Part shown: positions 18,970 through 36,230 of the stretch, piece after piece
Position numbering within the stretch: the first letter of the stretch is position 1
Layout: every line of letters starts with the position of its first letter
Assembly: GCF_009914755.1 (NCBI RefSeq)
Contig: NC_060945.1
Source: the human T2T-CHM13v2.0 reference genome, Homo sapiens
DNA length: 64,000 nucleotides
Reading direction: 5' to 3' (one strand)
Program-made: the position numbers and the translations under genes
The notes under the pieces: generated by a model
What the model was told of the DNA's origin: nothing
Database searches by the model: none
The model's input: only the letters and a program-made list of their open reading frames with translations

Positions 18970-19985
18970 ATGGGGAAAAAACAAAGCAGAAAAACTGGAA
19001 ACTTTAAAAAGCAGAGCGCCTCTCCTCCTCCAAAGGAACACAGCTCCTCACCAGCAACGGAACAAAGCTGGATGGAGAATGACTTTGACGAGCTGAGAGA
19101 AGAAGACTTCAGACGATCAAATTACTCCGAGCTATGGGAGGACATTCAAACCAAAGGCAAAGAAGTTGAAAACTTTGAAAAAAATTTAGAAGAATGTATA
19201 ACTAGAATAACCAATACAGAGAAGTGCTTAAAGGAGCTGATGGAGCTGAAAACCAAGGCTCGAGAACTACGTGAAGAATGCAGAAGCCTCAGGAGCTGAT
19301 GCAACCAACTGGAAGAAAGGGTATCAGCGGTGGAAGATGAAATGAATGAAATGAAGCGAGAAGGAAGTTTAGAGAAAAAAGAATAAAAAGAAATGAGCAA
19401 AGCCTCCAAGAAATATGGGACTATGTGAAAAGACCAAATCTACGTCTGATTGGTGTACCTGAAAGTGACGGGGAGAATGGAACCAAGTTGGAAAACACTC
19501 TGTAGGATATTATCCAGGAGAACTTCCCCAACCTATCAAGACAGGCCAACGTTCAGATTCAGGAAATACAGAGAACGCCACAAAGATATTCCTCAAGAAG
19601 AGCAACTCCAAGACACATAATTGTCAGATTCACCAAAGTTGAAATGAAGGAAAAAATGTTAAGGACAGCCAGAGAGAAAGGTCGGGTTACCCTCAAAGGA
19701 AAGCCCATCAGACTAACAGTGGATCTCTCGGCAGAAACCCTACAAGCCAGAAGAGAGTGGGGGCCAATATTCAACATTCTTAAAGGAAAGAATTTTCAAC
19801 CCAGAATTTCATATCCAGCCAAACTAAGCTTCATAAGTGAAGGAGAAATAAAATACTTTACAGATAAGCAAATGCTGAGAGATTTTCTCACCACCAGGCC
19901 TGCCCTAAAAGAGCTCCTGAAGGAAGAGCTAAACATGGAAAGGAACCACCGGTACCAGCCACTGCAAAAACATGCCAAACTGTAA
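18970..19985 (+). pseudogene. L1 ORF1p pseudogene
   Basis: MGKKQSRKTGN...; premature TGA at 19297-19299, a frameshift and a further stop; C-terminal ...YQPLQKHAKL. Confidence 0.9.
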
Positions 19986-20048
19986 ATACCACCAATGCTA
20001 GGAAGAAACTGCATCAACTAACAGGCAAAATAACCAGCTAACATCATA

Positions 20049-23859
<3,811 letters not shown>

Positions 23860-24626
23860 ACAATGAGAACACATGGACACAGGAAGGGGAACATCACACT
23901 CTGGGGACTGTTTGGGGTGGGGGGAGGCTGGAGGGATGGCATTGGGAGATATACCTAATGCTAGATGATGAGTTAGTGGGTGCAGCGCACCAGCAAGGCA
24001 CATGTATACATATGTAACTAACCTGTACATTGTGCACATGTACCCTAAAACTTAAAGTATAATAATAAAAAATAAATTTAAAAAAATAAAGGTGAAAAAG
24101 ACACAAAGGAAAAAAATATTTTGCATTTTGACTATAGAATTAGCAACAGGAAGGCATTTTAATTAAGGTTACACTCATTTCATATTATATTTTCTAATCT
24201 GTTATTGTTATGAGGCATATGTGCTCCTGGCAATACGGTGAAGAGAATCTCTCTGAATATTGATCTTTCTTCCTGAGGGAAAGTGCTCATGATTTCTATG
24301 GCGAGACTAGTGGGGGCCATGGAGTGAAGTGGCACAACGAAGAGTTAGAACCGTATACAGAAAAAAAATTACAACTTTCATAGCAGATAAGACATCTAAA
24401 GCCTAGTGACAGTAAACAACATATTCAAGATCACCCAATATTAGTAATTAAGTCAGCAACAATGACAAGACGGGAACTTGAAAGAAAATTTATCATGACA
24501 TAACTCACACACCTCTTAACTGAAGTGGCCTTATAAAGGATTAGAGCTAAATAGCCACCTGTTGTTTGAGCAGTGAGTTAAAGGAGAGCAGTACTTTGCT
24601 GAAACAATGGCTTAAGGAAGCAGTGA

Positions 24627-25027
<401 letters not shown>

Positions 25028-25679
25028 GGATGAGTTGAAAGTTTTCTAAGCAAAGCTTTCAACTATCCACAGCACCTAAACAGAGAAGTCAAGACACAAC
25101 CACGCACTACAAAAAGCCAATATCGTTGACCATCATGAAATCATTGTTATATGAGTACCAAATATGGAAAGACTCTAGGGCGTGCTTTCTACTTTCTTGC
25201 TCCTTTAGATGAGGTGTGACCATGTGACTGGCATTCACCAAGAAATACAAATAGAAGTGGCATGAAATACTTTGGGGCAGAAATTTTAAGTGTCAGTATG
25301 CAGTTTGCATAAGAGAATGAATTCACTTTGATAATGCATAAAAATAGCAAGAATTCTAGCAACCCGAGAGGAAAAGTCAATGATCTCTAACTATTGAGTG
25401 ATAAAAGCTGTACTTGATGCAAGCCTATTAATAGAGGGTGAGAATTAGAAGACAGGTACACAAATATGACATCGAACTACAGAAGACAGTGGGACAAGAA
25501 CACTATAGAATGAAAAAGTGAATCAGGAGAACAAAGGGAACAGGTATTCAAACAAAACCAGATTCAAAGTTTGAGAAAATTGTGTCTCTTTATAAGATGA
25601 AATACAAATTTTATTAGAGCTCCAAGATTATTAATTATACTTGTTTACAATTAGGCTTCATCACATAATGTAGGATTTC

Positions 25680-25879
25680 CTTTTTAAAAATTATTTGTAG
25701 AAATTTATAGGGTACAAGTGCAATTTTCTTACATGGGTAGATTATGTAGTGGTGAAGTTAGAGCTTTTACTGTATCCATCACCCAAATAGTGTACATTGT
25801 ATCCATTAAGTAATCTCTCATCATCCACCCTCCTTTCATCCCCTCGCCTTTCCAAGTATCCATTGTCTATCATCCATCA
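25680..25879 (-). mobile_element. Short 3' end of an L1MA/L1PB4-type element
   Basis: gggtacaagtgcaatttt...gtggtgaagttagagctttt...cacccaaatagtgtacattgt. 21-bp TSD catcaca(t/c)aatgtaggatttc at 25659 and 25880. Confidence 0.8.
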
Positions 25880-27449
25880 CATCACACAATGTAGGATTTC
25901 TCTTGCTACCGTTAAAGTCCACTCCAGAGCAAGACCCTGACACTAAAAAAAAAAAAAGTCAGAAAAGAAATAAAAAAGAAAAGTTACAAATATTTATCCA
26001 CTTTCCAACGGCTGTTCAAAGTTATACTGCCCAGAGTAAGCAAACCAGAAAAACAGCATCAGGTATATGGTGTTGCTCTGCCCAAATTTGTTTCTGTTGG
26101 TGTGGTGCACCTCATGAAATAGATGGCCTCTAGAGCACTTGTCAGTTTTAGAACATGATGGATCTAGATTTCACTAATGAGGTATTCCAGAAGCTGAATA
26201 TATCAGGAGTCTTATCTCACAGATATGTATATATTTATAATTGCTTTAGTTTGATCTAGTGCTTACTATCATGTTGGCTACTATGTACTGTCTGCTAGCT
26301 TTCAAGTTCTGTATTCACTTGAAATGCCCATCTTATAAAAGCAGTGGTATATTATGACATACAATGATTTTAGGAAACTCCACTGAAGAAATAAATTTAG
26401 AATTCTGTCATGTAAGATTTTAAAAATCAAAAACTACTGGGGCTTTTCCTAGAGATTATCATTATTCCTTTTTATTAATAATAACTTCTAGCCCTTATGG
26501 ACTGTATTACTATGTTCATGTTCAACTAGACAATGGTGAGGTTGAAATCTAAAGACATTTTTCAAAGGAAGACTGTGCTCTTTTCTTTATAGCACACTGC
26601 CTCTATTTTATTAAGCAAGGGTAACTAAAAGGTTGTCTTACAATCTTACAAAAGATGGTCTGTCAGATTCCTTCCCTTATTCTTAGCCAATTCTAATTGT
26701 GGTAGATTTGTTTTTGTCTGGTGAGTTTTATGTTTTTTATTTACACCTCTTTGTTCTTGGTTTCATTATCAATAATTTCTTAAATTTGGAGGAGGTCAGA
26801 CAGTTACCTAGCCTCTGGGGACTCAACTATGGTCCCTTCTCTCAATGATTTTAAGATGTGGTGAAAAAATTCACTACCTGGTGAAGCTAAAGTGCAGGAT
26901 TTCTTCACTGTTCTCTGAGTATGCATGATTGTCAGATATATCAACTTTCAGATAATGAACACATGGCACCATTGTTGTCTCTGAGACTTGAGGATGAGGT
27001 GAGGAAAACCATCAATAGTGGTTGAATTTCTACGATTCCAGGATTCCTATAAACCATGGACGAGATGTCGTAGAGAGGGTATAAGTGGAGGGCAGGATGT
27101 AGAGTTCCACTTGTATGTGAAACTCTGAGCTTTTGACTCCTGATACATAATTGGATATAAACAGCTTTTCTATTTGTAAAGGGGAAGGCATTAGGAGCTT
27201 TTCAGTAAAGACTTGCATGTCTAAAAAAGAAAATGGGGGAAGTATTTTTTGGTCCAAAACACCACAAAAAATAAAAGTAATAACTTTCAAACAGGATTAA
27301 TATGAGTTATGTCTACAGAAGAAGAGAGGTGACTAATAAATTTTACACCTCAATGTACTCTCTTATTTTAATATGAATGTGTAGTATATGGCTTTCTCAC
27401 AGGATTCTCACAACACATCTTCAATGTTCACTGAGGACTTCTTGCTTGT

Positions 27450-28457
27450 TTTTATTATTATTATTATACTTTAAGTTTTACGGTACATGTGCACAATGTG
27501 CCAGTTAGTTACATATGTATACATGTGCCATGCTGGTGTGCTGCACCCATTAACTCGTCATTTAGCATTAGGTATATCTCCCAATGCCATCCCTCCCCCC
27601 TCCCCCCACCCCACAACAGTCCCCAGAGTGTGATGTTCCCCTTCCTGTGTCCATGTGTTCTCATTGTTCAATTCCCACCTATGAGTGAGAATATGCGGTG
27701 TTTGGTTTTTTGTTCTTGCGATAGTTTACTGAGAATGATGATTTCCAATTTCATCCATGTCCCTACAAAGGACATGAACTCATCATTTTTTATGGCTGCA
27801 TAGTATTCCATGGTGTATATGTGCCACATTTTCTTAATCCAGTCTATCATTGTTGGACATTTGGGTTGGTTCCAAGTCTTTGCTATTGTGAATAGTGCTG
27901 CAATAAACATACGTGTTCATGTGTCTTTATAGCAGCATGATTTATAGTCCTTTGGGTATATACCCAGTAATGGGATGGCTGGGTCAAATGGTATTTCTAG
28001 TTCTAGATCCCTGAGGAATCGCCACACTGACTTCCACAAGGGTTGAACTAGTTTACAGTCTCACCAACAGTGTAAAAGTATTCGTATTTCTCCACATCCT
28101 CTCCAGCACCTGTTGTTTCCTGACTTTTTAATGATTGCCATTCTAACTGGTGTGAGATGGTATCTCATTGTGGTTTTGATTTGCATTTCTCTGATGGCCA
28201 GTTGATGGTGAGCATTTTTTCATGTGTTTTTTGGCTGCATAAATATCTTCTTTTGAGAAGTGTCTGTTCATGTCCTTCACCCACTTTTTGATTGGTTGTT
28301 TGTTTTTTTTCTTGTAAATACAGACAAGCAAATGCTGAGAGATTTTGTCAGCACCAGGCCTGCCCTAAAAGAGCGCCTGAAGGAAGCACTAAACATGGAA
28401 AGGAACAACCGGTACCAGCCACTGCAAAATCATGCCAAATTGTAAAGACCACCAAGG
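27450..28457 (-). mobile_element. 5'-inverted L1PA3/4 ('L1-C'): 3' end on minus (27450-28319) joined to an ORF1-end fragment on plus (28320-28457)
   Basis: Minus ORF MFIAALFTIAKTWNQPKCP. Plus segment TDKQMLRDFV...YQPLQNHAKL. Weak TSD tgttttta. Confidence 0.9.
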
Positions 28458-29089
28458 TGTGTTTTTAATTGATGGGATAAAGTAGGTACAGAGAACGAAT
28501 AAGCACATGGAATTGCAAAGGTTGCTTTGAAGCATGCTCTATTAAGTGCCTATTATATATAATTTCAAATGGAGTTGGAGAGCCATAAAATCCTATAAGC
28601 ACCTTTTAATTAAATTTAATCTATAATTAATTCATAATTTAATTCATATTTTAATAGGACTGATTTTAGGCTTCATATTTATAGAAAACAATAAAAATTG
28701 TGATTAATATAGGGAAAAAATGATCAGAAGAAGGCCAAAGATAACATCCATTGCAAAGGCATTTTTGAGAAGAAGACTGTATAACATCCATGCAAAAGAG
28801 CTCATAAACACTAACTGCATAACTAGTGTTTAAAATAAGAGGTTTAGAGAAGCCAAATAAATAATTTCCAAGTAGAAGGGGCGGAAAAACTTCATTTATA
28901 GGGTGCCAGGATATTAGTCTGGAATCAACATGTAGAAAATCCCAGACAAGGATATGAAGAAGATTGTTAACACGAGGCTATTTAAGAATGGAGAAAAAAA
29001 AAAAAAAAGAACTCCCTGTTAGGTAAAAATTTTCCTTTCCTTAGGGTATTAGAGTGGCCAGTTAATTATCTGCCCTCTTCATCAACTTT

Positions 29090-29250
29090 ATAAAACATTT
29101 TTTGAGTCCTTACTAGGACCAGCACTTATGCTATGATAGGATCACATTGATTGTGTCATTTAGTATTAACAATAGCACTTGCAGATCGTAACTGTCATTA
29201 TCTCTCCATTTTTCCCGGTGAGGAAACTAAAGCTTTAAGATATTTCTAAA
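29090..29250 (-). mobile_element. MIR SINE
   Basis: aacattt...gagtccttactaggaccagcac...ccatttttcccggtgaggaaactaaagc core. Confidence 0.65.
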
Positions 29251-29296
29251 TACTCAAGCTTGATAATGTATTTTTATAATTTTATGACAATAATAG

Positions 29297-29639
<343 letters not shown>

Positions 29640-31098
29640 TAGTGAAACAAAATTTTTGTACAATTTTGAAATGAAGTTTGTATTAATCCAAACTGGGTAT
29701 TTGAAAGTTATAATTATTAAATATAAGCTCTAGGGCAACTAATAACAAAATATCTTTTAAAATATAGTAAAAGAGGCAATAAGGAAATTGAAGTGATATA
29801 CTAGAAAATGTCTATTTTTAAAAAATAAGGCAGCAATGGAGGAATCGAGGAACAAAAAAGACATGAAACACAAACCAATACCAACATGGTGAACATAAAT
29901 CCAACCTTTCCAGTAAAAGCATTAAATGTAAATGGATGAAACACTTCATTCAAAGGACAGAGACTGACAAAACAAATAAAAGCAAAAATGATCTAATTAT
30001 ATACTATCTACAAGAGACACACATTAGATTCAAAGACATATAAATTGAAATTAAAGGATGAAACAGTGTATATCATGCAAATAGTAAACAAAAGAGAACT
30101 CAAGTAGCTATATCAACATAAATCATTCACACACTCTTCCAAAAAAAAGATGAGAAACACTTCCCAGTTTATTTGACCAGTATTACCATAATACCAGTCC
30201 AAAGAAATCATAACCCAAAAAAATAAATAAAATAGACTGTAAAAGAAAAAGTGAAACCAGAGACAAAAATGGGCATATTGTAATGATAAACAGGCAAGCC
30301 ATCTGGAAGACAAAGCAATTAAAAACATGTATGCACTAATGAAAGCACCTCAAATACATGAAGCAAAAAAAAAAACCAGTATTGAATGGAGAAATGGACA
30401 ATTCAACAAAACAATTTATGACTTTAATACCTCACTTTCAGTAATGGGTAGAAAAACTAGGCAAAATATCAGCCAGGAAACAGATGCTTGAACAATACTG
30501 TAAACCAACTATATCTAACAGAAATATATAGAATATTGCCCAACAACGGCAGAATACACATTCTACTTAAATGTGCATGGAACATTCTCTGTTATAGACC
30601 ACATGTTAGGTCATAATCAAGCCTCAATAAATATAAAATGATTAAAATCACACAAAGTGTGTTTCTCAACCATGATGGAATGAAATTAGAAACCACCTAC
30701 CAAAATAAATTTGGGAAATTCACAAATATGTAGAAATTAAACAACATCCTTGTAAAAGAAGGGTCAAAGAAGAAATCTCAGGCAAATTACAAATATTCTG
30801 AGATGAATGAAAACAAAAACAAAACATCACCAAAATTTACAAATGCTGCTAAAGTAGTCCTTAGAGGAAAATTTACAGTTGTAAATGCCTGTGTTATAAA
30901 GAAAAGTTCTTAAATCAATAACAGTCTTCTACCATAGGAAACCAAAAAAAATATATAAAAAAAAGAGTAAACTAAAACCAAAGCAAGCAGAAGGAAGGAA
31001 ATAATAAAGATGCAAGCAGAAACAAGTAAAATAGATAATACAAAAAAAACTTTAAAAATAAACAAAATCATATTTGCTTTTTTGAAAAAGCCAACGTT

Positions 31099-31459
<361 letters not shown>

Positions 31460-34400
31460 TTATTAAAATCAGGAGTGAAAAAGGGACTTCACTGCCAAAC
31501 TTATAGAACTTTTATTTTTAAAGATTATAAGAGAATGATTTGAACAATTGTAAGCTAAAAAAAATTTGATAACCTAGACGAAATGGACAAATTTCTGAAA
31601 AGATGCAAAATTGATTCTAAAAGAAACAGAAATCTGAGTAGATCTTCACAAACTCTTCCAAAAAAAAATAGAAGATGAGAAAACACTTCCCATTTTATTT
31701 TATTTGACCAGTATTACCATAATACTAAACCAAAGAAATCACAACAACAAAGAAACCCACAGACCAATGTTTCTTATGAACATTAATGCAAAATCTTCAA
31801 ATGCCAGCAAACCAAAGTGACACTTAAAAAAAGTTATATACCATGACTAACTGGGATTTAGCTCAACGGTACAAATTTGCCCTAATATATGAAAATCAAC
31901 TAATGTGATACACCGTATTAACACGATGAAAACTAAAAGCACATGATCATTTCTATAGATAAAGTAAAATCCTCTGACATAACGTAACATTGCTTCGTGA
32001 TAAAAACACTCATTAAACTAGAAACAGAAGGAAACTTTTTCAACTGCATAAAGGCCATCTACAAAATAACAACAGCTAAAATTATATCTAATTGTGAAAG
32101 ATTGAATGCTTTCCTTCTAAAATCAAGAAATAGAAATAAAATCATCCCTATTCAGGATCTTGCATTTAGAAAATGCTAAGAAATTGACGCAAAAAATTAT
32201 TAAAACTAGTAAGTATAGCAAAGTTGCAGAATACAAGCTCAATATACAAAGATTAATTGTATTTTTGTACATCACTAATATATAATCTGAATAAGAAATT
32301 AAGAAAACAATTATATTTACAAAAGTATCAGAATAAAATAGGAATAAATTTAACAAAAAACATGGATCATTTGTACACCAGAAACTATACAACATAACTG
32401 AGAAAACATATGGAAGACAGGAGGCAGGACTCACTTGTAGCTCCCACTCAGATTAACAGAACCACATGTGGAGACTCACATTATGAACTTTTGCTCCAAG
32501 ACATACTGCAGGAACATACTGGGAAAACAAACAAACAAACAAAAGATTACAGACCTTTTGAAAGAAGCAGCTTCCTGCTGCAAATTCTGTGATGTGAGAC
32601 AGTTGAAAAACTCAGCGCCCAAAGTGTGAGAGGGAGAAAGCCCACATCTGAACACAGATTCTCCCTGGGGAACCTGAAAATCAAGATCACAGGAGAAAGA
32701 CTTAACCTTACCTAAAGCTGAAACAAATTTAGAGAGCCAAGTGAAATATAAAAGCAGAAGAAGCAGTGAGAAGAGCTGGTCCAACAGGACTCTTGGTCCC
32801 CAGGGAAGCTATTTCTGACTTCATCTCACAGGGTTCCTTTGGGAGGACTGCCAGTAGACCTGGGGAAGGACCACAGGAAGCAGAAAACTTCCCGGTGAAC
32901 TCTTTAATAATTTTGAACTAGCACGAAATTTCCAGGGCAGAATTGGTGGGGGGTGGGGGCGGTGAATGTGAAGAGCAGGTACAAGCACAAAAGACATGGC
33001 AGGCAGGGATGGAAAAGGCCTGAAAGCCCAGCTTGCTTTCTCAGTGGGGAGGTTTGTAGTCTGGGACAATAACTCAGCCCTGCTCACTGGCCGTCTGGAT
33101 GTAAACTCGGTGCTGTTGTTGGGGCATGGTGAAAGTGAGCTTTTCTGGCTACATAAGAGCTGGGAGAGGCAGATCACTGCTGGCATTCCCCCACTTCTCT
33201 GGTGACCTGTATGATGCAGCAGAGGAAGCCATAATCTCCCCATATTACCTCTCTGAAGAAAGAACTTAAGAGCTCAAAGACAAAGCATTCAAATTAACCT
33301 AATCCAACAAAGACAAAGAAAAAAAGTTTGAAAAACATGAACAAAGCCTCCAAGAAGTTTGGGATTATGTTAAACAACCAAACCTAAATAATTGGTGCTC
33401 AGGAGAAAGATGATAAATCTAAAAATTTGGAAAACATATTTGAGAGAATAATCAAGGAATACTTCCCTGGCCTTTCTAGAGATCTAGACATACAAGTACA
33501 AGAAGCTCAAAGAACACCTGGGGAATTCATCACAAAGAGATCTTTACCTAGGTACATAGTCATCAGGTAATCTAAAGTCAAAACAAAAGAAACAATCTTG
33601 AGAGCTGTGAGGCAAAAGCATCAGGTAGCCTGTAAAGGAAAACCTATCAGACAAACAACAGATTTTTTAGCAGAAACCCTACAAGCTAGAAGTGATTGGG
33701 GTCCTATCTTTATCCTCCTTTAAAAAAAAAAATTATCAGCCAAGAATATTGTATCCAGCAAAATTAAGCTTCATTAATGAGTAAAAGATAAAGTCTTTTT
33801 CAAACAAACAAATGCTGACAGCATTTGTCACTGCCAAATGAATACTAAAAGAATTACTAAAAGGGGTTCCAAATTTTGAAACAAATTCTCAAAATACACC
33901 AAAATAGAAACTTCTTAAGGTTCTTAAAGCACAAATCTCACAGGGCCTGTAAAACAATAACACAATAAAAAAAAAAAAAAACAAGGTATTCAGGCAACAA
34001 ATGGCATGATGAATAGAAAAGTACCTCACATCTCAATACCAACATTGAATATAAATGGTCTAATCGCTCAACTTAAGAGATACAGAATGGCAGAATGGAT
34101 AAAAATTCACCAAGCAAGATTCTGCTGTCTTCAAGAAACTCACCTAACATAAAAGGATTTACATAAACTTAAGGTTAAAGGGTAGAAAAATATATTCCAT
34201 GCAAATGAACACCAAGAGCCAACAGAAGTATCTATTCTTATATTAGACAAAACAGACTTTAAAGAAAGAGTAGTTAAAAAGACAAAGATGTATATTATGT
34301 AATGATAACAGGACTAGTCCAACAGAAAAATATCATAATTCTAAATATATATGCACCTTACAGTGGAGATTCCAAATGTGAAAAACAATTACTACTAGAC

Positions 34401-36230
34401 CCAAGAAATGAGATAGATAGCATATAATAATAGTGGGGACTTTAGTACCCCACTGACTGAACTCTCATCAAGACAGAAAGTCAACAAAGAAACAATGGAC
34501 TTAAACTATATCCTTCAACAAATGGACTTAACAGATATTTATAGAACATTGTATACCCAATGATTGCAGAATATACATTCTATTCATTAGCACATAGAAC
34601 ATTCTCCAAGATAGACCATACGATACACCACAAAACAAGTCTCAATAAATTTAAGAAAATCAAAATTGTACCAAGAACTCTTTCAGACCACAGTGGAATA
34701 AAATTGGAAATCAACTCCAAAGGGAACCCTCAAAAACATGCAAATACAAGGAAATTAAATAGTCTGCTCCTAAATGATCCTTGGGTCAACAATACAATCA
34801 AGACAGAAATTAAAAATTTGTTTGAACTGAATGATAATAATGACACAACCTAACAAAACCTCAGGGATAGAGCAAAAGAGGTGCTAAAAGGAAAGTTCAT
34901 AGCATTAAATGTCTACATCAAAAAGTCTGAAAGAACACACATATGCCATCTAAGGTCATGCCTTGAGGAACTATAGAAACAAGAACAAACCAAACCCAAA
35001 CCCAAACCCTACAGAAGAAAAGAAATAACAAAGATCAGAGCAGAACTAAATGAAACTGAAACAAAAATAAATACAAAAGATAAATGAAAGAAAAAGCTGG
35101 TTCATTGAAAAGATAAACAAAACTAACAGAACATTAGTGAGATTAACCAAGACAAGAAGAGAGAAGATCCAAATAAGCTCAATTAGAAACAAAACAGAAA
35201 ATACCACAGAAATACAAAAGATCATTCAAGGCTACTATAAACACTTTTATGTGCATGAACTGAAAAACCTAGAGGAAATGGATAAATTCCTGGAAATATA
35301 AAACCCTCCTAGATTAAAACAGGAATAGAAACTCTGAACAGACCAAAAACAAATAGCAAGATTGAAATGGTAATTTAAAAATTGCCAACAAAAAAAAAAT
35401 CTAGGACCAGATGGATTCACAGCTGAATTCTATCAGACATTCAAAGATTTGATACCAATCCTATTGAAACTATTTCAAACGATAGAGAAAGAGGGACTCT
35501 CCCTAATTATGTTATGGAGCCAGTGTCACCCTACTACCAAAACCAGGAAATAACATAACAAAAAAAGAAAACTAGAGACAAACGTCTCTGATGAATGTTA
35601 ATGCAAAAATTCTCAACAAAATATTAGCTAACCAAATCCAACAGCATATCAAAAAGATAATCCACCATGATCAAGTTGGTTTCATACCAGGGATTCAAAG
35701 ATGGTTTAATATACATAAATCAATAAACATGATACACCACATAAACAGAATCAAAAAGAAAAATCACATGATCATCTCAATAGATTCAGAAAAGCATTTG
35801 ATAAAATCCAACATTGCTTTATGATTAAAACTCTCAGTAAAACTGGTGTAGAAGGGACATACCTTAAAGTAATAACAGATATCTATGACAGACTCACAGC
35901 CAACATTATACTGAATGTGATAGTGTTAAAAGCATTCCCCTGAGAACTTCGACAAGCCAAGAATGCCCACTTTCACCACTTCTATTCAACATAGTATTGG
36001 AAGTCCTACCCAAGGCAATCAGAGAAGAGAAAAATAAAGGGTATCCAAATCGGTAAAGATGAAGTCAAACTGTTGCTGTTCACCAATGATATTATCATAT
36101 AACTAGAAAACCCCAAAGACTCATCCAAAGAGCTCCTAGGTCTGATAAATGAAAGTTTCAGGATACAAAATCAATGTACATAAATCAGTAGCACTGCTAT
36201 ACACCAAGGGCAACCAAGCTGAGAATCAAC

